A model generated the notes under the pieces. That model was not told the DNA's origin. It worked only from the letters and a program-made list of their open reading frames with translations, and did not search any database. Shown here piece by piece: positions 38,716 to 48,434 of a stretch of DNA of 64,000 nucleotides (position 1 is the first letter of the stretch; each line of letters begins with the position of its first letter). The stretch spans positions 3,136,001 to 3,200,000 of the forward strand of contig OZ255842.1 of NCBI GenBank assembly GCA_965277805.1, given 5' to 3'. A program made the translations under genes and the position numbers. The DNA is from Candidatus Lustribacter sp. GTDB taxonomy: Bacteria > Vulcanimicrobiota > Vulcanimicrobiia > Vulcanimicrobiales > Vulcanimicrobiaceae.

Positions 38716-39564
38716 CTAGTTGATGCCGAGGAAATTTAGGACTCGGGTGGGGGTGTTGGCTTCGGTTTGGTCGGGCGGGGCGACATCCCAGTATTCGGAG
38801 CGCGGTAGGCACTCGGCGAGATAGCGTGCGGCGGACGTTGCGTGCGCGGCGTCGGCGCCGGGGATGATGAGCGCGGGGATGTCGAGGTTCATCAGTTCTT
38901 CGGGTTCGGCGCCGGGCGCGGTATCGGTTGCGTGCATCGTGCGCACGATGCCGGCGACGAGTGCGCTGTATTTCGCGACGTCGAGCTTCACGTATGACGC
39001 CGCAAAGGTGCGGTCGTGCTTGAGCACCGCGCCCCACGGGCCGACGCGCGGATCGCTGCCGAAATGTTTGCCTTCGCTCTGCACGAGTGCATCGACGCCG
39101 GCCAGACCCTCTTGCTGCACGAACGCGAGGTGCTGCGCGTAGCGCAGGTGCGAGTTCATCCGATACGCTGCGCCGCCGACGGGGAAAATCAACGGCAAAC
39201 TCAGCGTCGCTTCGGGGTACTTCACGCCGAAGGCCAGCGCGCACGGAACGCCCATGCAGCCGCCCATGACGTGCGCTTTGTCGAAGCCGAGATGATCGAG
39301 CAGCGCCTTCCCCTGCGTCGCGTAGAGCGACCAGCGCAAGAACTCGACCCGGCCGCCCGATGCGCCGGTGTCGCGGCGGTCGAACATGATACAGGTGAAG
39401 TGTTTGGTCAGGTGATCGAGGATGTGGACCTTCGCATAGACGCCGATCGTCGACCACTTCTCGATCGTCGCTTCGAAGCCGCCGGGCGAATACATGAGAA
39501 GCGGCGGCCCGGAACCCGCTACTTCGTAGCGCGTGGAGATGCCGTCGAGAACTGCGGTCGCCAT
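38716..39564 (-). CDS. Alpha/beta hydrolase with Cys at the nucleophile elbow
   Basis: GSGPPLL, FDRRDTGAS, GGCMG, LIIPGADAAH. Confidence 0.87.
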   Translation of the reverse strand: MATAVLDGISTRYEVAGSGPPLLMYSPGGFEATIEKWSTIGVYAKVHILDHLTKHFTCIMFDRRDTGASGGRVEFLRWSLYATQGKALLDHLGFDKAHVMGGCMGVPCALAFGVKYPEATLSLPLIFPVGGAAYRMNSHLRYAQHLAFVQQEGLAGVDALVQSEGKHFGSDPRVGPWGAVLKHDRTFAASYVKLDVAKYSALVAGIVRTMHATDTAPGAEPEELMNLDIPALIIPGADAAHATSAARYLAECLPRSEYWDVAPPDQTEANTPTRVLNFLGIN

Positions 39565-39577
39565 TATTTGCGGGCGG

Positions 39578-40705
39578 TCAGGTCGCGTGCTGCCAAGGAT
39601 CGATCGTGACGTGAATGGCCTGATTGCCGAATTTGTCGCGGATCTCGCCGCCCACCAGACGCAGCGCTTCATCGACGCCTTCGAGACCATACTCGTGCGT
39701 CGACATCGCTTCGAGGTCGACCGTGCCCGAGGACATCAATTCGAGCCCCATCTCGACGGCTTTGAAGCTATGCCCGCGCACGCCGCGGAAGTTGATCGTC
39801 TTACCGATGATCGTGTCGAGCGCGAAACCGTCGATCGCTTTGTGCTTGAACGCGGCGGCGATGAAGCGGCCGTGGCGCGCTTTGAGGATGTCGAGTCCGG
39901 CGTTGATCACTTCGCTTGCGCCGCCCGACGACACGTCGAGCACGAGGTCTGCGCCTTTGCCGCCGGTGATCTCGTTGACGCGGTCGCGCAGTGATTCTTT
40001 GTCGACTTCGATCGTGAAGTCGGCGCCGAGTTTCTTCGCAACCTCGAGCCGCTGAGCATCGCTCGCGAGGCCGGTCGAGATCACCGTGCGCGCGCCGGCG
40101 GCTTTCGCGGCAACGACGCACGCCAAGCCCTGCTGTCCCGGACCTTGCACGACGACCGTTTCGCCGACGCTCGCGCCGCCGTCGAGAAATGCCCACTGAA
40201 AACCGTTGCCCAGCGGCAGGGCCATCGCGGCCATGCGCGGCGGCACGTTGGCCGGCACCTTGTGCATCACGGCGCGTGGATGGATGTACTGGAACTGGCT
40301 ATAGCCGCCCCACAGGCCTGGCCACACCGTCGTCGTCGTCGACCCGTAACGCAAGCCGCCGTTGATGCGGTTGGTGCCTGAGCACGCGCGGTATTCGCCG
40401 GCGCGGCAGAGATCGCAGCTCCCGCACGGGAGATATTCCTCGAGCGCCACGTAATCGCCGACCTTCACGCCCCAACGCTCGGCAGCTAGGTCGCCGAGCT
40501 TCTCGATGATGCCGACGTTCTCGTGGCCGAGGATGCGCGGCAGACGCGTGGCGTCGGCGTACCCCGGCACGTCGGCGCCGCAGATGCCCGCACGCAGCAC
40601 GCGCAGGATCCCGGCGTCGGCCGGAATCTCCGGCAGCTCGAACTCTTGAATCTGGGTTTGTTTGGGCGCGATCTGGACCGCGGCGCGCAGGGTGTCGGTA
40701 GCCAT
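39578..40705 (-). CDS. Zn-dependent medium-chain dehydrogenase (paralog of 35522-36640)
   Basis: GICGAD, GHE, CGSCDLC...C, GPGQQG. Confidence 0.9.
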   Translation of the reverse strand: MATDTLRAAVQIAPKQTQIQEFELPEIPADAGILRVLRAGICGADVPGYADATRLPRILGHENVGIIEKLGDLAAERWGVKVGDYVALEEYLPCGSCDLCRAGEYRACSGTNRINGGLRYGSTTTTVWPGLWGGYSQFQYIHPRAVMHKVPANVPPRMAAMALPLGNGFQWAFLDGGASVGETVVVQGPGQQGLACVVAAKAAGARTVISTGLASDAQRLEVAKKLGADFTIEVDKESLRDRVNEITGGKGADLVLDVSSGGASEVINAGLDILKARHGRFIAAAFKHKAIDGFALDTIIGKTINFRGVRGHSFKAVEMGLELMSSGTVDLEAMSTHEYGLEGVDEALRLVGGEIRDKFGNQAIHVTIDPWQHAT

Positions 40706-40811
40706 GATGTGCTCCCCTCAGTCGCCTTGCGGCGCGTCTCCTGCCCGGCTCTTGGCAAAATCGCAGCATTGCCTCAAGTCCGCTACAGGTTCCAAGACTA
40801 CGCTAGGTCGC

Positions 40812-41081
40812 ATGACGATGATCCCGCTTCTCCCCGACAGCGACGGTGACTGCACGGCGAACCTGCGGGCGGCCCTCAAGGACGCCGGCGGCGAAGACCT
40901 CGCGATCGACCTCGAGCGCGTGCCCTACCTCTCATCCCAAGCGCTGACCGAACTGGCGCGTTTCCGGCGCCAGCATCGCGGCGAACGCATCGTGCTCCGC
41001 CATCCCAATGCGCTCGTGCTGCGCACCTTGCACATCGTGGGCTTCAACAAACTGTTCTCGATCGACAACGCAGCCGCTTAG
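40812..41081 (+). CDS. STAS-domain anti-sigma factor antagonist
   Basis: IDLERVPYLSSQAL, VLRTLHIVGFNKLFSI; TACGCT -10 box 7 nt before ATG (possibly leaderless). Confidence 0.8.
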   Translation: MTMIPLLPDSDGDCTANLRAALKDAGGEDLAIDLERVPYLSSQALTELARFRRQHRGERIVLRHPNALVLRTLHIVGFNKLFSIDNAAA

Positions 41082-42352
41082 AACTTCGCGACCAGCTCCT
41101 CGGCAAACTCGACTTCCCAGGTCTTGCCCGGCGGAACGACCGCGTCATAGGGTCTGACGCGCTCGTAGGTCGACGGATCGACCCCGCGCGGCGGCTGACC
41201 CGCCGCAACCGCGTCGACCGCTTCCAGCAGCAGCTGGCGGCACGCGATGATCGCCTTGTCACTGGTTCCGAGATGCTCTTTTGAGCGATCGACGATCGGT
41301 CCCATGCCCTCTTGCAGCGCGTAGTCTTGCGTGTTGAGCCCGACGATGCCGGTGAAGTTCTTCGTCTTCTGCATCTGGCGGTCGATCATGTAGTCGTTCG
41401 ACATGTTCTTCTTGAGCTTGAACGTGCCGGGAATCAGATCGTCGGCGCCGCGCCCCCAGCGCGCGTCATCCTTGGCGTACCATTCGGGCGTGATCGGTAC
41501 GTTTTCGTCGTAACTCCAGATCATGTTGTAGACCATCGTCGACGTATCGTCGATCGGCACCCACATGTGCCCGTCGAGTCGCGGCACGTCGGCCTTGCCC
41601 GTACCGGTCCACGACGTGACGCCGCCGCGCATCTGCTGCGCGGGCATCACGTAGTGATAGACGCGCACGTATTTGCCGTCGTCACCCAGATTGCGCGTGG
41701 AGACGTAGGTGTAGCCGTAGTCGGTACGCTCGACGTCGAGGCGCGGTGCTCCGTCGCGATTGCGGACCCAATTCATGTCGCCGAGCTTCTCATTGTGGGC
41801 GAACGACGAGTGCGCGGTGTCCAGCCCACCCTCGAGCGCTTGCAGGTAGTTCGCGTTTTCGTACGTTTTGGAAACGCCGCGATGCGTGGCGGGCGCGCGC
41901 ACCCATTCGTAATTCGGCGGCGGTGGTTGCAGTTCGCTCGGCCCCATGTAGACCCAAATGATGTTGCCGCCTTCCCACGCAGGATAGGCCTTGATCGTCA
42001 CCTTGGTCTTGAACAGCGAATCCGGCGGTTCGGAGGGCATGTCGACGCAGGTGCCGTTGCGGTCGAATTTCCAGCCGTGATACACGCAACGCAAGCCGCA
42101 CTCTTCGTTCCGGCCGAAGAACATCGGCGCGCGCCGGTGCGGGCAGAACGCATCGACGATGCCGATCTCACCGTTCGTATCGCGAAACGCCACGAGATCT
42201 TCGCCCAGAATGCGCAGGCGCACGGGTGCGCCGTCGTTCTCGGGGAGTTCGCGGCTGAGCAGCGCCGGTTGCCAATACGCCCGGAACAACGCGCCGCCCG
42301 GCGTGCCGGGCCCGACACGAGTGAGACGTTCGTTATCCTGCGGTTTCAGCAT
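41078..42352 (-). CDS. Rieske non-heme iron oxygenase, phthalate 4,5-dioxygenase (OphA2/Pht3)/LigX family
   Basis: NERLTRVGPGTPGG, CPHR...CVYHGW, EGGLDTAHSSFAH, QD...QEGMG, EHLGTSD. Confidence 0.92.
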   Translation of the reverse strand: MLKPQDNERLTRVGPGTPGGALFRAYWQPALLSRELPENDGAPVRLRILGEDLVAFRDTNGEIGIVDAFCPHRRAPMFFGRNEECGLRCVYHGWKFDRNGTCVDMPSEPPDSLFKTKVTIKAYPAWEGGNIIWVYMGPSELQPPPPNYEWVRAPATHRGVSKTYENANYLQALEGGLDTAHSSFAHNEKLGDMNWVRNRDGAPRLDVERTDYGYTYVSTRNLGDDGKYVRVYHYVMPAQQMRGGVTSWTGTGKADVPRLDGHMWVPIDDTSTMVYNMIWSYDENVPITPEWYAKDDARWGRGADDLIPGTFKLKKNMSNDYMIDRQMQKTKNFTGIVGLNTQDYALQEGMGPIVDRSKEHLGTSDKAIIACRQLLLEAVDAVAAGQPPRGVDPSTYERVRPYDAVVPPGKTWEVEFAEELVAKF

Positions 42353-42353
42353 A

Positions 42354-43841
42354 TCAGAGCGCGATACAGATGTTTTTGAGTTCGCTATAAAATTCGAGCG
42401 AGAGGCGGCCGCCTTCGCGGCCGATGCCGGATTCGCGCATTCCGCCGAACGGCGTGCGCAGATCGCGGACGAACCAGCAGTTCACCCACACGATACCCGC
42501 GCGGATGCGGCGCGCCACGCGGTGCGCGCGCTGCAGATCGCGCGTGAAGATCGTTGCTGCGAGCCCGTATTTGACGTCGTTGGCCAGCGCCACGCCTTCG
42601 TCTTCGGTGTCGAACGGCGCGATCGTGACGACCGGGCCGAACACTTCTTCCTGGCAGATGCGCATGTCGTTGCTCACGTCGACGAACGCCGTCGGCTTGA
42701 GGAAGGCACCCTTGTCGAACGGCGCCGGCAGCTTCGGGCGCTCGCCGCCGAAGAGCAGCCGCGCGCCCTCTTTTTTCGCGATCTCAACGTAACTGAGAAC
42801 GCGGTCGTAATGCTCTTTATCGACCAGCGAACCGATCGAGGTGGCTTCGTCGAGCGGATCGCCGAACACGAGCGCTTCCGCCGCCGCCTGATAGCGTTTG
42901 CAGAACTCATCGAAGATCGGGCGCTGCACGAGCAGCCGTGGCGATGCGAGGCAAACTTCGCCTTGGTTGAGGAACGTCGAGCGAATCGTCTGCGTGACGA
43001 CGAGGTCGAGGTCGGCGTCGGCAAAGATCACCGCGGCAGCCTTGCCCCCGAGCTCGAACGACACTTCCTTGAGACCCTCGGCGGCCGCTTTCATGATCGC
43101 TTTGCCGGTCGTCGTTTCGCCGGTGAACGAGATGCAGTCGACGCCGGGGTGCTCGGTGATCGCCGAACCGGCGGCGTTGGGGCCGAAGCCCTGCACGATG
43201 TTGAGCACGCCCGGCGGCAGGCCGGCTTCGTTCGCGATCTCGCCGAGAAAGCTCGCGGTGATCGGCGTGAACTCAGCCGGTTTGCACACCACGGTGTTGC
43301 CGCACGCGAGTGCGGGCGCAAGTTTCCACGTGAGCAGCAAGAGCGGCAAGTTCCACGGGCTGATGCAGCCGGCGACGCCGACCGGCTCGCGCAGCGAGTA
43401 GTTGAGGAACTTGTCGTCGACCGGATTGCAATCCGTGCCGACGTATTTGATCAGCTCGGCGAAAAACTCGAAGTTGTACGCCGAGCGCGGGATGTCGAGG
43501 TGCGAGCTCTCGCGGATCGGCTTGCCGGTATCGAGCGATTCCAGCTCGCTCAGCTCCGTCATGCGCGCCTTGATGCCGGCGGCGAGCTTCATCAGGATCG
43601 CCGAACGTTCGGCGACCGTCATCTTCGGCCACGGGCCTTCGTCGAACGCGCGCCGCGCAGCCTTGACTGCGAGATCGACGTCGGCGTAGTCCGCTTCCGC
43701 GACGCGGGCGATCAATTCACCGGTCGCCGGATTCGTATCGTTGAACGTCTTCCCGCTCTTGGCATCGACGTAGCGGCCGTCGATGAACAGCTTGACGTCG
43801 AGAATGCCGGTCCGCGGACGCGTGCGAAGTTCCTGTAACAC
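42354..43841 (-). CDS. dmpC: 2-hydroxymuconic semialdehyde dehydrogenase (DmpC/XylG-like)
   Basis: SPWNLPLLLLTWK, FTGET, ELGGK, NQGEVC, WFVRDLRTPFGG, SLEFYSELKNICI. Confidence 0.85.
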   Translation of the reverse strand: MLQELRTRPRTGILDVKLFIDGRYVDAKSGKTFNDTNPATGELIARVAEADYADVDLAVKAARRAFDEGPWPKMTVAERSAILMKLAAGIKARMTELSELESLDTGKPIRESSHLDIPRSAYNFEFFAELIKYVGTDCNPVDDKFLNYSLREPVGVAGCISPWNLPLLLLTWKLAPALACGNTVVCKPAEFTPITASFLGEIANEAGLPPGVLNIVQGFGPNAAGSAITEHPGVDCISFTGETTTGKAIMKAAAEGLKEVSFELGGKAAAVIFADADLDLVVTQTIRSTFLNQGEVCLASPRLLVQRPIFDEFCKRYQAAAEALVFGDPLDEATSIGSLVDKEHYDRVLSYVEIAKKEGARLLFGGERPKLPAPFDKGAFLKPTAFVDVSNDMRICQEEVFGPVVTIAPFDTEDEGVALANDVKYGLAATIFTRDLQRAHRVARRIRAGIVWVNCWFVRDLRTPFGGMRESGIGREGGRLSLEFYSELKNICIAL

Positions 43842-43843
43842 GA

Positions 43844-44224
43844 TTACCCCTTTGTCGTTGCCGTCGCGCGCCCCATGCCCCAGTGCACGCTTGGAAAATC
43901 AGTCACCAGCACGCGGACGACGCTCTCATCCACGGCGTAGAGTTTGGCCAGCAGCTCGAGCAACTCGGCGACGAACGCCGCGCGCTGTTCTTCGGGCCGG
44001 CCTTCGAGAATGGACGTCCAGGCGACGAGCCACGGCGGCGATTCCGCGCCGGTTTTGCCTGCGACCATCACCTTCGCCGGATCCAGTTCGTCGAACGCCA
44101 CGCGCACCTGCACCGGCTTCACGCCGAGCCCGCGCGTAATCAATTCCAGCACGGCGTCGAAGGCGGCCGCGCGCGAGGTCTGCGGCGGCAGCGGGATCGA
44201 CGACTCGATGCGAACGATCGGCAT
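43844..44224 (-). CDS. Fused (two beta-alpha-beta unit) 4-oxalocrotonate tautomerase family protein
   Basis: Met-Pro start, second unit ILEGRPEEQR...VRV...HWGMG. Confidence 0.82.
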   Translation of the reverse strand: MPIVRIESSIPLPPQTSRAAAFDAVLELITRGLGVKPVQVRVAFDELDPAKVMVAGKTGAESPPWLVAWTSILEGRPEEQRAAFVAELLELLAKLYAVDESVVRVLVTDFPSVHWGMGRATATTKG

Positions 44225-44243
44225 CGCTAGAGCCCCGCCGGCG

Positions 44244-45038
44244 TCAAGTGCAGCGCAGGCTGAGCGAGCCGAGGTGCGCGATCGATACGCGCACGACGTC
44301 GCCGGGTGCGATCGAGATCGCATCGGTCAGCGCACCGGTCATCACGACCGTTCCGGCCGGAATCGATTCGCCGTGTTCCGCCACTTTGTTGGCAAGCCAC
44401 GCGAGACCGATCGCCGGATCGCCGAGAATCGCAGCGCCGGCCGCCGTGGTGACGACCTCGCCGTTCTTCTCGAACACGACGCCCAGCGTGCGCAGATCGA
44501 GGTCTCTCGCGGGAACGCGATAGGCCGAGATCGTGTGGCGCGCGGCCGACGTGTTGTCGGCGATCACGTCGGTCAGCGTGAAGCGGAAATCCTTATAGCG
44601 GCTGTCGATGACCTCCATCGCGCAGCACGCCGACTCGATCGCCGCGCGCGCATGTTCCGGCGTCACGTTGGGACCCTGCAGATCGCGCCCGGTGACGATC
44701 GCGATCTCGGGTTCGGCCTTGGGATGAATCAACGACGCGACGCTGAGCGGATCGCCTTCGCCGATCATGCGCGAGGCGATGAGCAAACCGTAGATCGGTT
44801 CGCCCACGCTCATCTGCTTCTGTTTCGCAACGCTGGTCAAGCCGAGTTTGAGCCCGGAGATCCGCGTGTTCTCGCTCTTCGTCTGCCCGATCACGAGCCG
44901 TTTCTGAATCGCGTAGGCGGTATGCTCGTCGAGTTCGGGCCACGTGTCGGTAAGCGGTTCGATCTCGAACCGCCCGTCGTTCGCCGCCTGAAGTCTGCCG
45001 AGCGCCGCCGCGGCTTTATCGGTCGCGACCGACGTCAT
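44244..45038 (-). CDS. dmpH: 4-oxalocrotonate decarboxylase (DmpH/XylI-like)
   Basis: KLGLTSVAKQKQM, IHPKAEPEI, IDSRYKDFRFTLTDVIADNTS. Confidence 0.85.
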   Translation of the reverse strand: MTSVATDKAAAALGRLQAANDGRFEIEPLTDTWPELDEHTAYAIQKRLVIGQTKSENTRISGLKLGLTSVAKQKQMSVGEPIYGLLIASRMIGEGDPLSVASLIHPKAEPEIAIVTGRDLQGPNVTPEHARAAIESACCAMEVIDSRYKDFRFTLTDVIADNTSAARHTISAYRVPARDLDLRTLGVVFEKNGEVVTTAAGAAILGDPAIGLAWLANKVAEHGESIPAGTVVMTGALTDAISIAPGDVVRVSIAHLGSLSLRCT

Positions 45039-46078
45039 CAGACCGCCGCGAGTTCCGGCGCCGGCTTTTCACCCTTCGCACCGGCTAGTTCGATCGCGCA
45101 CTCGACGATGATGTCTTCTTGACCGCCGACCGCTTTGCGCGCGCCGACCGCTTCGAGAATCTTGGCCGTCGGGACGCCGAAGCGCTTGGACGCGTTCTCG
45201 GCGTGACGCAAGAAGCTCGAGTACACGCCGGCGTAGCCCAGCACGAGCGCCGGGCGGTTGACGATCGGCGTGATGCCGATCTCGCCGCCGATGATGTCTT
45301 CGGCCACGTCCATGACGCCGTAGAGATCGATGCCCGTCTCCCAGCCCATTTTGTTGAAGACCGCGACGATTGCTTCGGTCGCCGCGTTGCCCGCGCCGGC
45401 TCCGAGGCCGCGGCACGCGCCGTCGATGTTGTCCGCACCCGCCTTGACCGCGGTAACGGCGTTACCGACGCCGAGTCCGAGGTTGTTGTGGGCGTGGAAA
45501 CCGACGTGCGTCTTCGGCTGGAGTTCCGCGCGAAGCGCCGAGACGCGATCGTGCACCATGTCCATCGTTTGCGCGCCGGCCGAGTCGACGACGTACACGA
45601 CGTCGGCGCCGTAGGATTCCATCAGCTTCGCTTGCACGACGAGTTCCGGCGCTTCGATCAGATGCGACATCATCAGGAAGCCGACGACTTCCATGCCCAT
45701 GTCTTTGGCCGCCGCGATGTGCTGCGCCGAGATATCCGCTTCGGTGCAATGCGTCGCGATGCGGGCGACGCTGGCGCCGCGCTTGCGCGATTCCTTGAGG
45801 TCGTGAATAGTGCCGACGCCGGGCAGCAGCAGCACGGCGATCTTCGCCTGCTTCACCGTTGCAACGGCCGCCTCGACGAGCTCGAGCTCATCGACCTTCG
45901 AGATGCCGTATTGGATCGACGAACCGGCTAAGCCGTCGCCATGCGTGACCTCGAGCAGCGGCACGCCGGCCGCGTCGAGCGCGCCGGCGACGCGCACGAT
46001 CTGATCGACCGTGAACTGGTGGAAAACGGGGTGCGAACCGTCGCGGAGGCTGACGTCGGTGATGCGGACTTTCGGCAT
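45038..46078 (-). CDS. dmpG: 4-hydroxy-2-oxovalerate aldolase
   Basis: DVSLRDGSH, HGDGLAGSS, ATHCTEAD, HAHNNL, VGGQED. Confidence 0.95.
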   Translation of the reverse strand: MPKVRITDVSLRDGSHPVFHQFTVDQIVRVAGALDAAGVPLLEVTHGDGLAGSSIQYGISKVDELELVEAAVATVKQAKIAVLLLPGVGTIHDLKESRKRGASVARIATHCTEADISAQHIAAAKDMGMEVVGFLMMSHLIEAPELVVQAKLMESYGADVVYVVDSAGAQTMDMVHDRVSALRAELQPKTHVGFHAHNNLGLGVGNAVTAVKAGADNIDGACRGLGAGAGNAATEAIVAVFNKMGWETGIDLYGVMDVAEDIIGGEIGITPIVNRPALVLGYAGVYSSFLRHAENASKRFGVPTAKILEAVGARKAVGGQEDIIVECAIELAGAKGEKPAPELAAV

Positions 46079-46079
46079 G

Positions 46080-46979
46080 TTACTTGGCTCCAACCAGCGC
46101 GTTGCGGCGCTCGTAGACTTCTTCGGCGACCCGGACGGCAGCCGCCGTCATGATGTCGAGGTTGCCCGCGTACGCAGGCAGGTAATGGGCGGCACCGGTG
46201 ACTTCGAGAAACACGCTGACCCGGTTGCCGTCGAACACCGGACCCGATTTGAGTTTGTAGCCCGGCACGTAGGTCTGCACGTCGGCGACCATCTTGTGCA
46301 CCGATTCCGTGATCGCAGCTTGGTCGGGCGTCGTCTCGGTGATGGCGTTGACCGTGTCGCGCATGATCAGCGGGGGCTCGGCCGGGTTGAGGATGATGAT
46401 CGCCTTGCCGCGCTTGGCGCCGCCGACCTGCTCGACCGCCTTGGACGTCGTCTCGGTAAACTCATCGATGTTTGCGCGCGTACCCGGGCCGGCCGATTTC
46501 GAAGCGATCGTCGCCACGATCTCGGCGTATTCAACGGGCTGCACGCGCGCGATCGCGCCGACGATCGGAATCGTGGCCTGACCACCGCACGTCACCATGT
46601 TGACGTTGGTGACGTCACCTTCGAGGTGCTCCTTGAGATTCAGCGGCGGAATGATGTAGGGGCCGACTGCGGCCGGCGTGAGGTCGACGGCGAACTTGCC
46701 GGCGGCCTTGATCAGCGGCGCGTTGTACTCGTGCGCCTTCGCGCTCGTGGCGTCGAAGATCAGATCGATCTGATCCATCAAGTCCTTGCGCGCGAGCAAG
46801 CCTTCGATGCCGGTGTCGATCGCGGCGACGTCGTGTTTACGCGCACGCGCCAGACCGTCGCTTTTGGCATCGATACCCACGAGGGCGATCATCTTGAGAT
46901 TCTTGTTGCGGAAAATCTTGAACATGAGGTCGGACCCGATGTTACCTGAACCGATGACCGCGACGTTTAGTGGGGGCAT
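46080..46979 (-). CDS. dmpF: Acetaldehyde dehydrogenase (acylating)
   Basis: [46 protein letters not shown]. Confidence 0.95.
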   Translation of the reverse strand: MPPLNVAVIGSGNIGSDLMFKIFRNKNLKMIALVGIDAKSDGLARARKHDVAAIDTGIEGLLARKDLMDQIDLIFDATSAKAHEYNAPLIKAAGKFAVDLTPAAVGPYIIPPLNLKEHLEGDVTNVNMVTCGGQATIPIVGAIARVQPVEYAEIVATIASKSAGPGTRANIDEFTETTSKAVEQVGGAKRGKAIIILNPAEPPLIMRDTVNAITETTPDQAAITESVHKMVADVQTYVPGYKLKSGPVFDGNRVSVFLEVTGAAHYLPAYAGNLDIMTAAAVRVAEEVYERRNALVGAK

Positions 46980-47009
46980 TGCGTGTGTGCCTCGAGTGAG
47001 CGATGAGTG

Positions 47010-47798
47010 TTAGACGAAGTGAATCGAAACCGAACCGAGGATACCGAAATCGGCGCTGGCGACGTCACCGCGAGCGACCGGTACCATGGCGCACAGAGCG
47101 CCGGGCATGATGACGTCACCCGCATGCAGTTCCAACCCGTCGGCAGCCAAAGTGTTTGCAAGCCAAGCAACCGCACGATACGGGTTAGCGCCCAACACCG
47201 CGGCGCCGGCTCCGGTTCCGACCAGCTCGCCGTTCTTTTCGAAGACGGTGCCGACGGTCCGGGTATCGATGCCGAGCGGCGACGTGCGCTTTTTGCCGAC
47301 GACGAAACGCGCTGACGAGCCGTTGTCGGCCACCGTGTCGACGAAGGTGATCTTCCAGTTCATGATCCGCGAATCGACGATCTCGAGCGTCGGGACCAGA
47401 TAGTCGGTCGCCGCCAGCACGTCGAGGTCGGTGAGCCCCGGCCCGCGGAGATCGCGCGCGAGAACGATCCCGATCTCGGCTTCGACGCGCGGCTGGATCA
47501 GCTCGCTCAAGAGGCAGTCATCGCCGTCGGCGAGCCGCATCGAGGCGAACAGGTGCCCGAAGTCCGGCTGATCGACCCCAAGCATTTTCTGCATGGCCTT
47601 GGCCGTCAGCCCGACCTTCATGCCGGCGACTTTCTCACCCGCCGCCTGACGCCGTTTGACGTTGGCCAGCTGGATCGCGTACGCGTCGCCGGCCGTCAGC
47701 GTTGCCCGCGACGAAAACGCCTCGATCTGAACGCGGTCGCGCTCGGCGGCGAACAGCTCGTCGGCAAAGGCTTGAACGTCGAGAACGGCAGACGGCAT
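47010..47798 (-). CDS. dmpE: 2-oxopent-4-enoate hydratase (DmpE/MhpD-like)
   Basis: KVGLT, GVDQPDFG, QPRVEAEI, DSRIMNWKITFVDTVADNGS. Confidence 0.87.
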   Translation of the reverse strand: MPSAVLDVQAFADELFAAERDRVQIEAFSSRATLTAGDAYAIQLANVKRRQAAGEKVAGMKVGLTAKAMQKMLGVDQPDFGHLFASMRLADGDDCLLSELIQPRVEAEIGIVLARDLRGPGLTDLDVLAATDYLVPTLEIVDSRIMNWKITFVDTVADNGSSARFVVGKKRTSPLGIDTRTVGTVFEKNGELVGTGAGAAVLGANPYRAVAWLANTLAADGLELHAGDVIMPGALCAMVPVARGDVASADFGILGSVSIHFV

Positions 47799-48430
47799 CA
47801 GCGGCTCGGAACGGACTTAGGCTGCAGGTACCGCTTGAGTTTCTCGGCCGTGAGCTTTTCGTTGGGATCGTACTCGGGCGCGTTCTCGATCTGCTCGAGG
47901 TCGTTGAGCCCGCTCTTGCGATAGATGCGGTTGGTGATCACCGCGAGCCGCGCCGGGCGCGTTTCGTCGGCGTTGAAGTGCTGGACGATCGTGTTCGGCG
48001 GCACGTAGATGCAGTCGCCCGCTTCCCACTCGAAGCGCTTCTCATCACCGTCGGGCACCCACATGTACTTCTCGCCGTCGGGAATCGACAGATCGCAATC
48101 CATGTGGATATCGTAGCCGCGGCCTTCGATCACATAGCACGCCTGTTCGGCGAGCTGCCGGTGTTTGCCCGAACGGCTGCCGGGCGGAATCACTTGCATG
48201 TACGCGTCGACCGTTTCGGCGCGCGTGTTCATGCCTTCGTTCACGATGTGCTTAAGCAGTCCGTCGGGCGCGTTTTCCCACGGCATCTGCGAGGACTTGA
48301 CGACCTTCGGACGATCGGCGTTGCGTTCGGCTGCGGTCGCGGCATCGTCGAGCTGATCTTCGTACAGGCTGCCGGTCAAATTGCCTTGGAGATATTTCCC
48401 GTATTCATCCCACGGGGCTTGTTCTGCCAT
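47798..48430 (-). CDS. Cupin-domain protein with degenerate metal site
   Basis: PPGSRSGKHRQLAEQACYVIEGRG, WEAGDCIYVPPNTIVQHFN. Confidence 0.85.
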   Translation of the reverse strand: MAEQAPWDEYGKYLQGNLTGSLYEDQLDDAATAAERNADRPKVVKSSQMPWENAPDGLLKHIVNEGMNTRAETVDAYMQVIPPGSRSGKHRQLAEQACYVIEGRGYDIHMDCDLSIPDGEKYMWVPDGDEKRFEWEAGDCIYVPPNTIVQHFNADETRPARLAVITNRIYRKSGLNDLEQIENAPEYDPNEKLTAEKLKRYLQPKSVPSR

Positions 48431-48434
48431 TGTC

